From: Myxococcota bacterium
Lineage (GTDB): Bacteria > Myxococcota_A > Polyangia > Polyangiales > Houyiibacteriaceae
Reading direction: 5' to 3'
Assembly: GCA_020629955.1 (NCBI GenBank)
Contig: JAHDCI010000005.1
Span: 686 to 64,685, forward strand
Length of the DNA stretch: 64,000 nt
Numbering within the stretch: position 1 is the first letter of the stretch; each line of letters opens with the position of its first letter. Below are positions 17,935-28,400 of the stretch, in pieces. The notes beneath the pieces are model-generated. The model did no database searches. It had not been told where the DNA came from and saw only the letters and a list, made by a program, of their open reading frames with translations. The translations under genes and the position numbers were made by a program.

Positions 17935-20385
17935 TTAGCCGCCGAGGTCCTCGAGCGCGGCCCGCGCATCCTGGTTCCCCGGGTCGAGCTCCAGTACTCG
18001 TTGCAGTTCGGCCCGTGCTTCATCGTCTCGTCCCGCCTGCCGCAAGAGCCCAGCGAGGAAGATGCGGTTTGCGGCTTCGTTGCTGCCGTTCTCCACCAAT
18101 CCGCGCGCATGGACGAGCGCCGAGCCCAATCGATTTTGTGAGGCAGCAATACGCGCCGCACCAGCAAGCGCACGACCATTCCTGGGATTGATCTCGAGCG
18201 CCTGGCCAAAGCGTAAGTGCGCCATTTGAAGGTCTTCATGACGCCGGTGATAGTTGCCTGCACGGATCAGCTGATTGAGTCGACCGCGGACTCCGCGGGC
18301 ACCTTCTCGCGCAGGTCGAAAGGGCACGTCCGCAGGCAGTGGGTCGACCCGCTCGGTCACGGCCTGCTCTTCGCTCGCGGGTTCTGCGGTTTCGGCGGCG
18401 ACCTCCGCGGCGACGTCCACTGCAGCTTCTGGAGCCGGCTCGACGGGCGGCTCTGGAGTGCCCTCGGTGGCCGGCGCGGAAGTCTCCGGAAGAGGAGCAC
18501 TTGCAGGCGCCTCAGGTTCCGGACGCGGAGCGCGACGAGCCATACGAAACGCGAACCAACCCGCACCGACTAAGCCCGCGAGGACGAGCAGGAGAAGCAC
18601 TTTTTTACGAGACGACTTCTTCCCATAGGGATCGTCGAGCTCAAGCGCAGGGGGAGCTTGCCCAGCGTCGAAGAGGTCGGGCACCGGCGCGGCTTTCAGC
18701 GCGCTTGCGTCAAACGACGCGGATGGCACCACCGGCGCGGGGACCGGCTCACTGGGCGCGTCGAGCGCGTATTCCATCGACTCGGAGAGCTGTACGGAGG
18801 GGGCCGCAATCTCCGACGCGTTCGCGGCGGTCGCACTCACCTCCGTCGCTTCATCGCCGTCGAGCATGAGTGGGCGCTCCACGGTGATCGGATCGGCGGG
18901 GCGGCGCGCCTCTTCGGGAACAATGACCTTGTGCTGCGCCGTGCTCTCGACGCTTGGATTGCGTGCCTCCGGCGGAATCTGAATGTTCTGTTCCTTCGTC
19001 GCTTCGACTTGAAGCTTCTCATGGAACGCGGGGTGGGCCCCTTTCGGACTCCGCGGCGCAGGGATCTCGGGAGGCGGACGAAAGTCGGGGCGCGTCGCGG
19101 CAGCTTGATCTGGCATCGTCCGCGCAGGTGGCGCTTTCTTCGCCGGGGGCGCAACGGCCATCCCTTTCGGTGCCGTTTGCGGCGCCGTTTTCGCCGAAGG
19201 ACGCTTCGCCGCAGTGACCCCGACAAGCGTGGACTGCTTCTTTTTAACGGCGACCGTCGAAGATTCTCGGCGTGCGGGACCAGCGGCCGCTCCGGCCTCA
19301 GCATCGCGCAAGACCTGCATGGTATCGTCACCAATATCGCCCGACGCGCGAAGGTCTTCCAAAGTCTCCTTCATCGCCTGAAGAGGCGTCATAGAACCCA
19401 CCGATGTCGGCCAACGCATCACGGTCGAACTTGGAATCGGCGAGGGCATACCAAGCGCGGTCGCAAACGCGTCCGCGAACGGCATCATCACATTGGAGAG
19501 TGAACGTTCTCCATCGGTGGAGATGCGAACGTCACCCTCGTCGAGGGCCAAAAGTGCCGAGAGTGCTTCAATGCCTTGAAACTGTCGCGGCCCCGATTCG
19601 CCTGACGCTCCAGCAATCATCCGCGGGGAGAGTTCGATCTGGACTTCGCCCGCCGGTCCCTCGACGTGCACGCTCGCATGGTCGATCGCTCTTCCAATGC
19701 CGCGGAGAAGGCGTGAAGGGCCGATCTTTTCGAGACGCGTCGAAACGTCTCCATCGCCGAGCACCGATTCCTCAAGTTCTCGATCCACGCCGAGCACCGT
19801 CTCCGCACCGGCGGCGATCCGTTTTGCAAGCGCGAGGGGCGCGAGGCGGGTGTCCGCGTCAGGCACCCAGAGGATCGACGCCCAGCGCAAGACGAGGTCT
19901 TTCCGCACCCTCGAAAGCAACTGGAAGGCTGAATCCGAAAGCACCCGATGCGGGACAAGAATAATCTCAGGATCCAGCGTTCGAGCTCGCTGAAGGCCTC
20001 CCGAACTGCGAGAGCAAAGCGCGACTTTCGCGCCTTGCGACGTCAACGCTGTCCCGAGGATTTTCGCGCGCGCTTCGTCGACGTCGAGAATCGCAAAACG
20101 TAGCTCTCGAAGGGAGGATTCCGAAGTCTCAGCCGAAAGACCACAGAGCTGCGTTGGGAGCATTTCGTCCCAGTCACACTCAAGGTCACGCGAACCGAGC
20201 AAAGGATACGCGCGGCGGATCAAATCTCGTAGAGCTGCATCCGCGTTGCGCCCCGGGAGGAAACAAAATCGTTCTTCCTGCGCGCCCCCACGAAGCGTGA
20301 GGAACCCAGCACGCTGACTGTCGCGGGCGAAATCGATGATTCGAATCAGCGCTTCTTCACCGACGGGCCCGGTTTCACGTTTCAT
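17935..20385 (-). CDS. Receiver-like/DUF4388-like N-terminus, Pro/Ala linker, TM helix, C-terminal TPR protein
   Basis: FAILDVDE...PEIIL receiver-like segment; TM VLLLLVLAGLVGAGWF; TPR ALEINPRN and VLELDPGN. Confidence 0.7.
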   Translation of the reverse strand: MKRETGPVGEEALIRIIDFARDSQRAGFLTLRGGAQEERFCFLPGRNADAALRDLIRRAYPLLGSRDLECDWDEMLPTQLCGLSAETSESSLRELRFAILDVDEARAKILGTALTSQGAKVALCSRSSGGLQRARTLDPEIILVPHRVLSDSAFQLLSRVRKDLVLRWASILWVPDADTRLAPLALAKRIAAGAETVLGVDRELEESVLGDGDVSTRLEKIGPSRLLRGIGRAIDHASVHVEGPAGEVQIELSPRMIAGASGESGPRQFQGIEALSALLALDEGDVRISTDGERSLSNVMMPFADAFATALGMPSPIPSSTVMRWPTSVGSMTPLQAMKETLEDLRASGDIGDDTMQVLRDAEAGAAAGPARRESSTVAVKKKQSTLVGVTAAKRPSAKTAPQTAPKGMAVAPPAKKAPPARTMPDQAAATRPDFRPPPEIPAPRSPKGAHPAFHEKLQVEATKEQNIQIPPEARNPSVESTAQHKVIVPEEARRPADPITVERPLMLDGDEATEVSATAANASEIAAPSVQLSESMEYALDAPSEPVPAPVVPSASFDASALKAAPVPDLFDAGQAPPALELDDPYGKKSSRKKVLLLLVLAGLVGAGWFAFRMARRAPRPEPEAPASAPLPETSAPATEGTPEPPVEPAPEAAVDVAAEVAAETAEPASEEQAVTERVDPLPADVPFRPAREGARGVRGRLNQLIRAGNYHRRHEDLQMAHLRFGQALEINPRNGRALAGAARIAASQNRLGSALVHARGLVENGSNEAANRIFLAGLLRQAGRDDEARAELQRVLELDPGNQDARAALEDLGG

Positions 20386-20581
20386 CGAGCAATCTCCGCG
20401 TGGCGTTTAGGATCGACAAACGCTGCAAACGCGGTGACTTGGGTGAAGCCGACCGTTTTAGCAGAAAGGGCGAGTTTGGAGCGTCCGTGAGCCACGATGG
20501 TCTCGCAGGTGTACACCAGAGCGCTCCGCATTTGAAGTGACGAATCCCCTTCATGGTCAGATGCGCTCTTTCGCTTGTTGC

Positions 20582-22168
20582 TCAGATTTCGAAGGCCATC
20601 GCTTCAAGTCGCGCTTCTTCACGGAGCTTTAGGGCTCTGGAGCAGAAATCCGCGACTTCTGCGTCAATCGCCTCATCGGTGACCTCGATTCGCGTTTGAA
20701 TCAGAGGGCTCGCCGAGAGAACCGTATTCGAGAGCGCACGCCCGAGCTCGATCAGGCGCTCGTCGAGTTCGGCAAGATCGGCTTCGGTCTCATCGACGAC
20801 TCCCGCGACCGTGTTGGAGTGCGCGCGTCGAAGCTCCGCAAAGAGCGTCGACGGGATGACATCTGGGAACATCTGCGCATAACGCACGAGATCTCGCCAG
20901 AGCTGAGACGCGAGCTCCGGATCGGGATGACGGCTCCGAAGCTGGGCGACGATCACTTCCAGTTCCCGCCACGCGTGTCGGTACTGCGCGATCGCAACCT
21001 GGTACTTCATCTCTTTTCGCCGCGGCCAGATCGAATGCCAAATCGAATGCTTTCGAGAGGTCGCGACGTCCTGAAGCTGCGTTGCGGATTCCGGGAGGCG
21101 TTCAAAGAAGTGTCGTGAGCTTCGCTCCGCGAGTCCGAGGAGCTCCTCGGACGCAACACGCCGTCGCAGCCGATGCGTGGTTCGCTGCACCAACATCTCC
21201 GCCTGACGAATCGCAAGCGAAGCGGCGTCGTCGAGCGAACCGCCGTACTCGGCTGTCCAATCGAGTAACGCCTGAAGATGAGACGCTCGAATATTCTGGA
21301 TCTTCTCCGGATAGGTCTCTCGCAAGGTTCGCAGCGCCCGAAGGCGCATGCCGCTGCGCAGCCGCAAAAATCCATACAGCCCGACGTAGAGCGCTCCGTA
21401 ACCGAGCAACCAAATACCGAGGCCTAGCGCCGAGGGAAGAATGTCCTTCAGGAAACCGTCGGAGAGCGAGAGGTGCGTATCGCAGAGCTGTCCGGCCCAT
21501 TCGACGAGCCGATGACGGATACCGAATCCGATATCCACAACAACCGCGATCAAGATCAGAAGCACGAGAAGAACCCGCCGGAAGAGCAGCCCCCGAGGTG
21601 TATTGGGGTTCTGCGACATTCGAATCACATGCTGGCTGCTATAGACGATATCCGCTGCACCGAGCAGGAATGCGAGCAAACGTCGGCGGAAGGAATAACG
21701 AGATTGAACCTCGAGCTTAAAGAGCGACTCGGGGGGAAGCTCCGGATCCCGAACCTGTGAAAAGCGAAGCGGGACAGCGACCCGGATCGCCTCTCCTTCA
21801 AGCCGCGGGATCTGGAGAACCTGAACTTCGGCTGGCCCCTCGCCGGTCTGCACCGCCTGCAATAGAACGGGCGCGATGGTGGCTCGGTCCTTGGACAGCT
21901 CCGCTTCAAGATACCCGAGCCGTTCCTCCACCGAGCGAACATAACTTGATGGTCCACCCTGCTGCGTCGCTTCGTTCCACGAGTTACGCGCGCCGCGATC
22001 CCACTGCACCACCGTTCCGTCGGCTTGCTCCGTGAGACGCGCAAGCGCGTGTGCCACCATCTTTTTCTGCAAACGACGGTAGCGGATAAACCACAATACC
22101 TTGTGCAAGAAGTACGCAGCCGCGAAGAGCATCAGCGCGTAAAAGAGTATGGCGAGGACCTGACTCAT
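20582..22168 (-). CDS. Hypothetical membrane protein with helical C-terminus
   Basis: Long ORF with three TM segments; ATG 22168 chosen as start. Confidence 0.7.
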   Translation of the reverse strand: MSQVLAILFYALMLFAAAYFLHKVLWFIRYRRLQKKMVAHALARLTEQADGTVVQWDRGARNSWNEATQQGGPSSYVRSVEERLGYLEAELSKDRATIAPVLLQAVQTGEGPAEVQVLQIPRLEGEAIRVAVPLRFSQVRDPELPPESLFKLEVQSRYSFRRRLLAFLLGAADIVYSSQHVIRMSQNPNTPRGLLFRRVLLVLLILIAVVVDIGFGIRHRLVEWAGQLCDTHLSLSDGFLKDILPSALGLGIWLLGYGALYVGLYGFLRLRSGMRLRALRTLRETYPEKIQNIRASHLQALLDWTAEYGGSLDDAASLAIRQAEMLVQRTTHRLRRRVASEELLGLAERSSRHFFERLPESATQLQDVATSRKHSIWHSIWPRRKEMKYQVAIAQYRHAWRELEVIVAQLRSRHPDPELASQLWRDLVRYAQMFPDVIPSTLFAELRRAHSNTVAGVVDETEADLAELDERLIELGRALSNTVLSASPLIQTRIEVTDEAIDAEVADFCSRALKLREEARLEAMAFEI

Positions 22169-22240
22169 CCGATGCGAGGCACGGTAGGTCGCGAGTCCGG
22201 CATGCGCCACGTGACTTCGCGCCATCACGCGATGTTCGCG

Positions 22241-22320
22241 TAGAGCCTGTCCCGACAATCGGGGTTGCTGGAGCGTAGACGATTGGATTCACAGCGATTT
22301 TCGAAGCGAGGAGGAAGAGT
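22241..22320. mobile_element. Truncated (left half) copy of MITE family A
   Basis: Starts TAGAGCCTGTCCC; 22262-22320 matches 12179-12237 at 47/59 ungapped. Confidence 0.65.
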
Positions 22321-22340
22321 CAGCTGTTGGAAGCAGCAGG

Positions 22341-22778
22341 TTATCCGGCCGAGATACGCTGCCGTCGCTGTGCCGCAGCGTTCAGCTCCGCTTCGCACCA
22401 TGCCCGCGCACTCTCTTCCGAGAAGAACGTTTGCTCGGGGTGTTTGGCGCCGGACATCCAGTTTACGGCTCGCACCACGCCCGCGACGATCCGGGAGCCG
22501 ACCAAGGTCGCGTCCGCCACGCAGTACTCACCGAAGGCCTCGCGATGAGCCGCCATAAAGTCGCTTACCACCTTCCGGGCCCGGGCGTCCGGCACGCCAT
22601 TCATGGCCCGAATATCGAGCAAGACCGCGAAAGTCTGCCGGCGCGCAAGGATCTGCGAATAAGCGGTTGTTAGCGATGTCGCGGCTTCAATGGAGGGCGC
22701 GACTGGCCTGCAGGCAATAAGGGCGAGCGGGAAAGAGTGCAGGTCGAGCGTGACAGCGGATGACGGATCGGAAACCAT
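22341..22778 (-). CDS. STAS/SEC14-like (SpoIIAA-like) small protein
   Basis: FAVLLDIR...PDARARK...FFSEESARAWC pattern. Confidence 0.6.
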   Translation of the reverse strand: MVSDPSSAVTLDLHSFPLALIACRPVAPSIEAATSLTTAYSQILARRQTFAVLLDIRAMNGVPDARARKVVSDFMAAHREAFGEYCVADATLVGSRIVAGVVRAVNWMSGAKHPEQTFFSEESARAWCEAELNAAAQRRQRISAG

Positions 22779-22816
22779 CGGGTGAGAATATATTCTCACT
22801 TGCAAAGAGCAGAAGA

Positions 22817-23665
22817 TCAAGAGGCTTCGTCGATGATCATCACACGAAGGGTGACCTCATCAGTATCCGATTTGAGGGCTTTCGAGATGAGGACGATTCG
22901 GTCGTCACAAAACGCCTCAACGCATTCTTGTTCGTTGAGCCTTCCGACCACACGCTCAACTCTCCCATCCCACAGCGTCAGTACTCGATCCGCCCGCGCG
23001 ATGAGCGGTTTGCCGCCTCGCGATGGCCAAAGAACCCCGGTTTTGAAATGGGTGTTCGGAATCTGATACCGGCTCAGACAACGCCAGTCGTCCCTTGCTG
23101 CGCTTTCCCACGAAGCATCCCAAAGTGTCCGTCCGTCATATCGCACGACGCGTTCCTTGAGACACGCGAACGAAAAGTTACCTTGGAGCAGACTATCGGA
23201 GAACGAGAGCGCATGACCTTCCAGAGAGAGCGTGCAGGCATAGTCATCAACGGGTCCATCACGCGCCACAACGAGCACTCGGTCGTTTGAGATGCGCTGC
23301 ATCGTGAGCACCGATTCGAAGCTCGTTGGGAAGCGATTTGCTCTCGCGACGATAGCCCCATCTCGCCATATGCATGCTCTCATTCTGCGGGACTGTTTGG
23401 ACTCACCGACACACCAAAGGAATCCGCAATTCCAAATTAGAGAGACAGTTCCCTCGGACATCTCCGCGCCGAAGAGTTCGGTCAAGCTTAGCGAAACTCC
23501 CCCACTGGACGGGCGCTCGAAAATGTTGACGACGCCGAGCGTGGAATCGAGGGCCGCGAAGCGCTGCTTGTCCTCGGATACCGCGACGCAATAACTACGA
23601 AATGGGAACCAATGGACGATCCGATTCAAGACGAAATCGTAGATCTCCACCTCCCAACGTTTCAT
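22817..23665 (-). CDS. Hypothetical protein (beta-rich); start uncertain
   Basis: Only long ORF in the interval. Confidence 0.5.
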   Translation of the reverse strand: MKRWEVEIYDFVLNRIVHWFPFRSYCVAVSEDKQRFAALDSTLGVVNIFERPSSGGVSLSLTELFGAEMSEGTVSLIWNCGFLWCVGESKQSRRMRACIWRDGAIVARANRFPTSFESVLTMQRISNDRVLVVARDGPVDDYACTLSLEGHALSFSDSLLQGNFSFACLKERVVRYDGRTLWDASWESAARDDWRCLSRYQIPNTHFKTGVLWPSRGGKPLIARADRVLTLWDGRVERVVGRLNEQECVEAFCDDRIVLISKALKSDTDEVTLRVMIIDEAS

Positions 23666-23748
23666 CAGGGTGAGCAGGGTTTCGTCCGCCTCCACGTGGT
23701 GGAGAGCGTTTGGCCCTGAAAGACGAAACGTCTTCCGAAAGACCTCTC

Positions 23749-24540
23749 TCACGTGCCGGGGTGCGCGGCGACGAGGGCCTCGCAATCAAAGCGAGTGCTC
23801 TCAACGAGAGTGCGAAGCGCTTCGGCGGCGCACGTCATGGGCGAGCGCCAAATATCGGAGCGTCCGAAACGAACGACGAGGTAGCCCTCTGTGGCGAGCT
23901 CGAGATCTTTCGCACGCTCCGCACGCGCTTCGGCTTTGGATGGGGGCCCGCTCTCGATCACGATGGCGAGCTCACGCTCCGCGCGGACCGGTACCGGTTC
24001 ACTCTCAGCGTTGAGGTACTCCTCGTGCTGGTACCAGACCATGAAGTCGATCTGATTTCGGCCGATCTCTTGATGGCAACGAATGCGCATCGTCGCCGGG
24101 AGTGGCTCGCGGCCCGGTACAAACGAGAGATCGCGCGGACGCCATCGACGGCCGTCTGGAGCGACGACTTCGAGCGCGCCAATCTCGGTCACGCGCGCCC
24201 CGCTAACAACCAACGCAGCGAAGAGCGTGCGCTGCATCTCCGAGTGTAGGAGCCGGAGCGCATGATTCAGCAGGTTCGCCTCGGCGGACGCGTGCTGCGT
24301 GACCAGGTCCCAGGCGGCGTTCACCGCGAGTTCATCACAGGGCTCCTCGCCTTCCCGCGCCCAGCGCCAAGACTCGAGGCCAGGGCTAGGGTCGGCATCG
24401 AGCGCGGCGATAAATCGCTCCCGCCAAGTCTGAGGTCGTCGTCGGTCTACCACAGCGCAAACTGTACCCGCGTTCGGTGTTTCGTTCGAGCGTGCGATAA
24501 AGCTGCGCAGTTGGCGCGTTGCATACGAAGTGCATCGCAA
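23749..24540 (-). CDS. Protein with C-terminal degenerate DUF559/Vsr-like nuclease-fold domain; start uncertain
   Basis: QEIGRNQIDF...LAIVIES...KDLELATEGYLVVRFGRSDIW. Confidence 0.55.
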   Translation of the reverse strand: MRCTSYATRQLRSFIARSNETPNAGTVCAVVDRRRPQTWRERFIAALDADPSPGLESWRWAREGEEPCDELAVNAAWDLVTQHASAEANLLNHALRLLHSEMQRTLFAALVVSGARVTEIGALEVVAPDGRRWRPRDLSFVPGREPLPATMRIRCHQEIGRNQIDFMVWYQHEEYLNAESEPVPVRAERELAIVIESGPPSKAEARAERAKDLELATEGYLVVRFGRSDIWRSPMTCAAEALRTLVESTRFDCEALVAAHPGT

Positions 24541-24557
24541 TCTACAGTCAAGGCGTG

Positions 24558-25430
24558 ATGAGCAAGCTTTTCTTCGAACGCATCCCGGTCAGCGCCCTAC
24601 TCCTCGGACTCTTCGCGGGAGCGTGCGGCGGCCCTCAGGCCCCGGTCGCCGAGGTCGTCGAAGCGGAGCTGCAGCCCCACGCGGTGATTTTGGCGCACCT
24701 CGAGCGCACGACCGATCTCTTTACACTCCCCGATGAATCCGTAGCGACCCTCCGTGAAAGAGCGGGAGATACCCCGCGGCGCGAGCGTGGGCCGATCGAG
24801 CGAAAACTCGCGATCGCCAATCTCTACGCTGCGGAAGATGCGCTCGCGAACGACGCGATCGACGAAGCCGAAGATGCCTTCCGCATGGTCGCCCGCCACG
24901 CTCGCGCCGCGGAACGAGCACTGGATGGCGATGACGTCGAAATCGAGATGGATTTTGTTCGCCTTTGGGCCGAGTGGCGGGCAGGCAACCTCGACGCCGC
25001 TGAGCTGGCGGAAGACTTCGCGGAGGATCACGAGGAAGCACGCGATTGGGTGCGGATCGCGTGGGTGCTGCGCGGAGAGCTCGAGGCCGCAAACGGCAAT
25101 TGGGATGACGCCGCGACCGGCTATCGCTTCTTGATGGCCGAACTCGAGCATCCACTCTACCCCTTCGTGCTGCTGCGAACGGCACACATGATGGAAGAGC
25201 GCGGTCGCGAAGAGGAAGCGCGAGATCTCCGTCAGCAGGTCATCCGCCAAGGCTGCCGAGCCGAACTTCATCAGGAGGTGGCGATGGTGGTGGAGGCCGC
25301 CGCCTCCGAAGCGCGCGTCCCGCTGACCGAGGATGCAGACGGAAACCTGCGCCCCGCCGATTGCGACGCTGCCGCCACGACCGAGACGCGCGATATCGAT
25401 AACGAGCTCCCGCCCGCGCTTCAGAACTAA
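24558..25430 (+). CDS. TPR-like lipoprotein
   Basis: Lipobox-like AGAC; helical repeats. Confidence 0.7.
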   Translation: MSKLFFERIPVSALLLGLFAGACGGPQAPVAEVVEAELQPHAVILAHLERTTDLFTLPDESVATLRERAGDTPRRERGPIERKLAIANLYAAEDALANDAIDEAEDAFRMVARHARAAERALDGDDVEIEMDFVRLWAEWRAGNLDAAELAEDFAEDHEEARDWVRIAWVLRGELEAANGNWDDAATGYRFLMAELEHPLYPFVLLRTAHMMEERGREEEARDLRQQVIRQGCRAELHQEVAMVVEAAASEARVPLTEDADGNLRPADCDAAATTETRDIDNELPPALQN

Positions 25431-25475
25431 GCGCGGACCAGGAAGTTCGTTCCCGAACGAGTCAGCTTTTACGAA

Positions 25476-28400
25476 TCAGACCGACCGACGTCGACGACGT
25501 CCCGCGAAGAGCGCCAAGAGGAACATCGCCGCGCCAGGGATCGTTTCCTCTGGGCTCGTGGTCGCACAACCGCAAGCCCCGCCGCTCGCGCCAGCTTCTC
25601 CGCCATCGACGCCACTGTCTTCAGCGCCACTGTCTTCAGCGCCACCATCTTCGGCGCCACCATCTTCGGTGCCACCGTCGTCACTTACGCCACCATCGTC
25701 CGTAGCGGCGTCTGGGACTTCAGCGTCCGAAACAGAGGCGTCCGACGAAGCGTCAACGCCGGCGTCTGAAATCCCTCCATCCATGCCCCCGTCCGGAACG
25801 CCGGCGTCCATCTCGGGCATCTCGCAAGCTCCCGAACCGTCACAGCTCAGTTCACATTCGTCTTCGGGATCGGTCATCGCGGGGATCGGATTGCACGTAC
25901 CCTCGCTACCGGTGAGCGCGCACGTTACGCACGTCCCATCGCAGGCGCCTTCGCAGCAAACTCCGTCGACGCAAAGACCGCTCGCACACATCTCATTTCG
26001 AGAACAATCCGTGCCATTCGTCTCGTCGGCGACGCACGCACCGGTGCCCTCGACATCGCAATACGAAGCGGCGGCGCACATCGCGTCGTCTGTGCAACCT
26101 CCCGCACACTCAAGTTCGTCGGCACATAGCGCGCCGCCAGGACACGCGATTGGAGCGCCCATCGTGCAGGCGCCCCCAGCGCACATGCTCGCGGGCGTTA
26201 AGACCCCCGCCGCGCAGCTCGGATCGGAGCACAACGTCGCATCCGGTAAATTGGAATAGTCCGAATCGGACACTTCAGGAACGCAGGCCTGGCAGTTGTT
26301 TTCAGGATTGAATGCGAGAGAATCCACGCAGGATCCATCGATCAGGCAGCCGGTCGTCAGAGAGCTTTCGCAACGATCGGAAGATTCATCGCAGGTGTCG
26401 TTGGTGCACGTAAGTCCATCGCCACAATCCCGAACGCCGCCGGCGCAGCTGCCGGCTCGGCACGAATCGTCCACAGTGCAGAAGAGGCCGTCGTCACAAA
26501 CGGTCGAGTCCGGGAGCGCGCTCCAGCTGGACGTGGCGATCGCGCCCCGGCACGCCTCGCACGAGTTCGCCGGATTCGATGCTCCTTCGGCGACGCACGT
26601 CCCCTCGATCAGGCAGCCGGAGGCGAGAGGGTTTTCGCAGCGATCCGCCGCGTCATTGCACGAGTCCGTGGTGCACGAGAGACCGTCACTACAGTCGCGG
26701 GCTCCTCCGGTGCACACTCCGGCCACGCACGCGTCGTCCGTGGTGCAGAAGAGACCGTCGTCGCAAGCGGACGCGTCCGCGCGAGCAGTCCAGTCGCCAC
26801 TTTCCGCATCGGCGTCGCAAACTTCACACGCGTTCGCGGGATTCGCAGATCCGTCGGCCACGCAAATTCCCTCGATCACACATCCACCGCACAAATCGAC
26901 AATATCGACCGCGCCAGCACGAGCGTCCGCGAAGGGCGCGCTCGCGATCGCCGTCGTACCAGAGAGGGCAACACTATCCCCGAAACGCTCTCCCGCCGCG
27001 GCACTTGGCCGAGCGTGAAGCGTCTCCTCACCAAACGTTCCGCCGACACGCTGGAAGGCGAAGATCGCGCCCGCATCCACCATGAGCGGACGCTCCACGA
27101 AGCGCGCACCCGCGACAACGAAGTCGCCATCGGTGCCAACGCTGTAGCCGAACTGGTCGGCGACTTCGGGGCTCGATCGCGTGAGACGTTGCGTTTGAGT
27201 CCAGCTCGATCCGGATCCTTCGAAGACATAGGCTGCGCCCTGTCCAAATACGCTGACTTGGTTCTGCGGCGCGCCGATCACGAGCCTGTTTCCGTTGAGG
27301 TCGAGCGAACGCGCAAAAAGGTCGAGTGAAGCCGCGTCGCCGGCGACGAGCTTCGTGCGCTGACTCCAAGCTCCTCCGCTCCGGGTAAACACGTACGCCG
27401 CTCCTGCGCGCGTGGCGACGGGATGAAATACCGAGCCGACAACCAAGGTGTCGCCATCGAGCGCGATGCTGCTGCCGAAGTCATCTCGAACAGCGGTATC
27501 CGCGCCTGCGAGACGCTGCTGAAGCGACCAGCTCGCACCGCCGCCCGTAAATACGAAGGCTTCACCGCCGGTGCCGCTGTAACGAGCGCCGACCGCGATG
27601 GTCCCTCCATCCAGCGCCACCGCGGTGCCGAATGCGTCCCCGGCCGTATCGGATTCAAGCATCGCGCGCTCGGCCCAAGCTCCGCCCGAATGTGTATAGA
27701 CAAACGCCTTCCCTCGCTCGGCGAGCGGCAGCGGCGCCCCGACGACGAGCGTATCGCCCTGCACGGCAACGCTATATCCAAAGCGCGCGTTCGGATTCAG
27801 CCCGCTCGGCCGCGTAAGTTTCGCCTCCTGCGCCCAGCCGCTAGCGCCATTCCGAAAGACATAGACCGCACCCGCTCGAGCTTCATCGAACGTTGCCGCG
27901 ACCACCGCCACATCCCCGTCGATCGCAACCGTTGGTCCGCCCGCGGTTGAAATTGGGGTACCGCCAAACTCATCCCCGGGCGAACGATCCGCCGCGGCCA
28001 AAGTATCGACGTGGCGTACCAAAATCGGGTCGATCATGACCGGGTAGCTCGCCCCTTCATCATCGACGCGGATCACGATGGAACCGTCTGCCACGGCCAG
28101 CGCGCTCGAAAGACGACGCCCCGCAGAGTCGATCGCGCGAAGCGCGCCGTAATGCAGGCGGGCCTGGCCGGAGGCGTCGAGAAGGTCGACTTCCGTTCCC
28201 ACGAGCACCGGCTGCAAATCTCCCTCAACGCCAAGCTCGAGAGTAAGGACGCCTTCACCCTCTGGAGAAGCATGGAGCGTCCAACCTTGCTCAAGTCCCA
28301 TGGGGCCGTTCAAAAACCACTCTTCGAGATTGGGCCAGTGAATGTCCGCGCGGTTTCGGCGGCTCGTGATCTGAGCCGGAATCCCTTCAAGCGACTCGGG

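Noticed and set aside
23046-23060. AAATGGGTGTTC resembling the 8.5-kb repeat core
   Set aside because: A short single match inside a coding region; likely coincidental.
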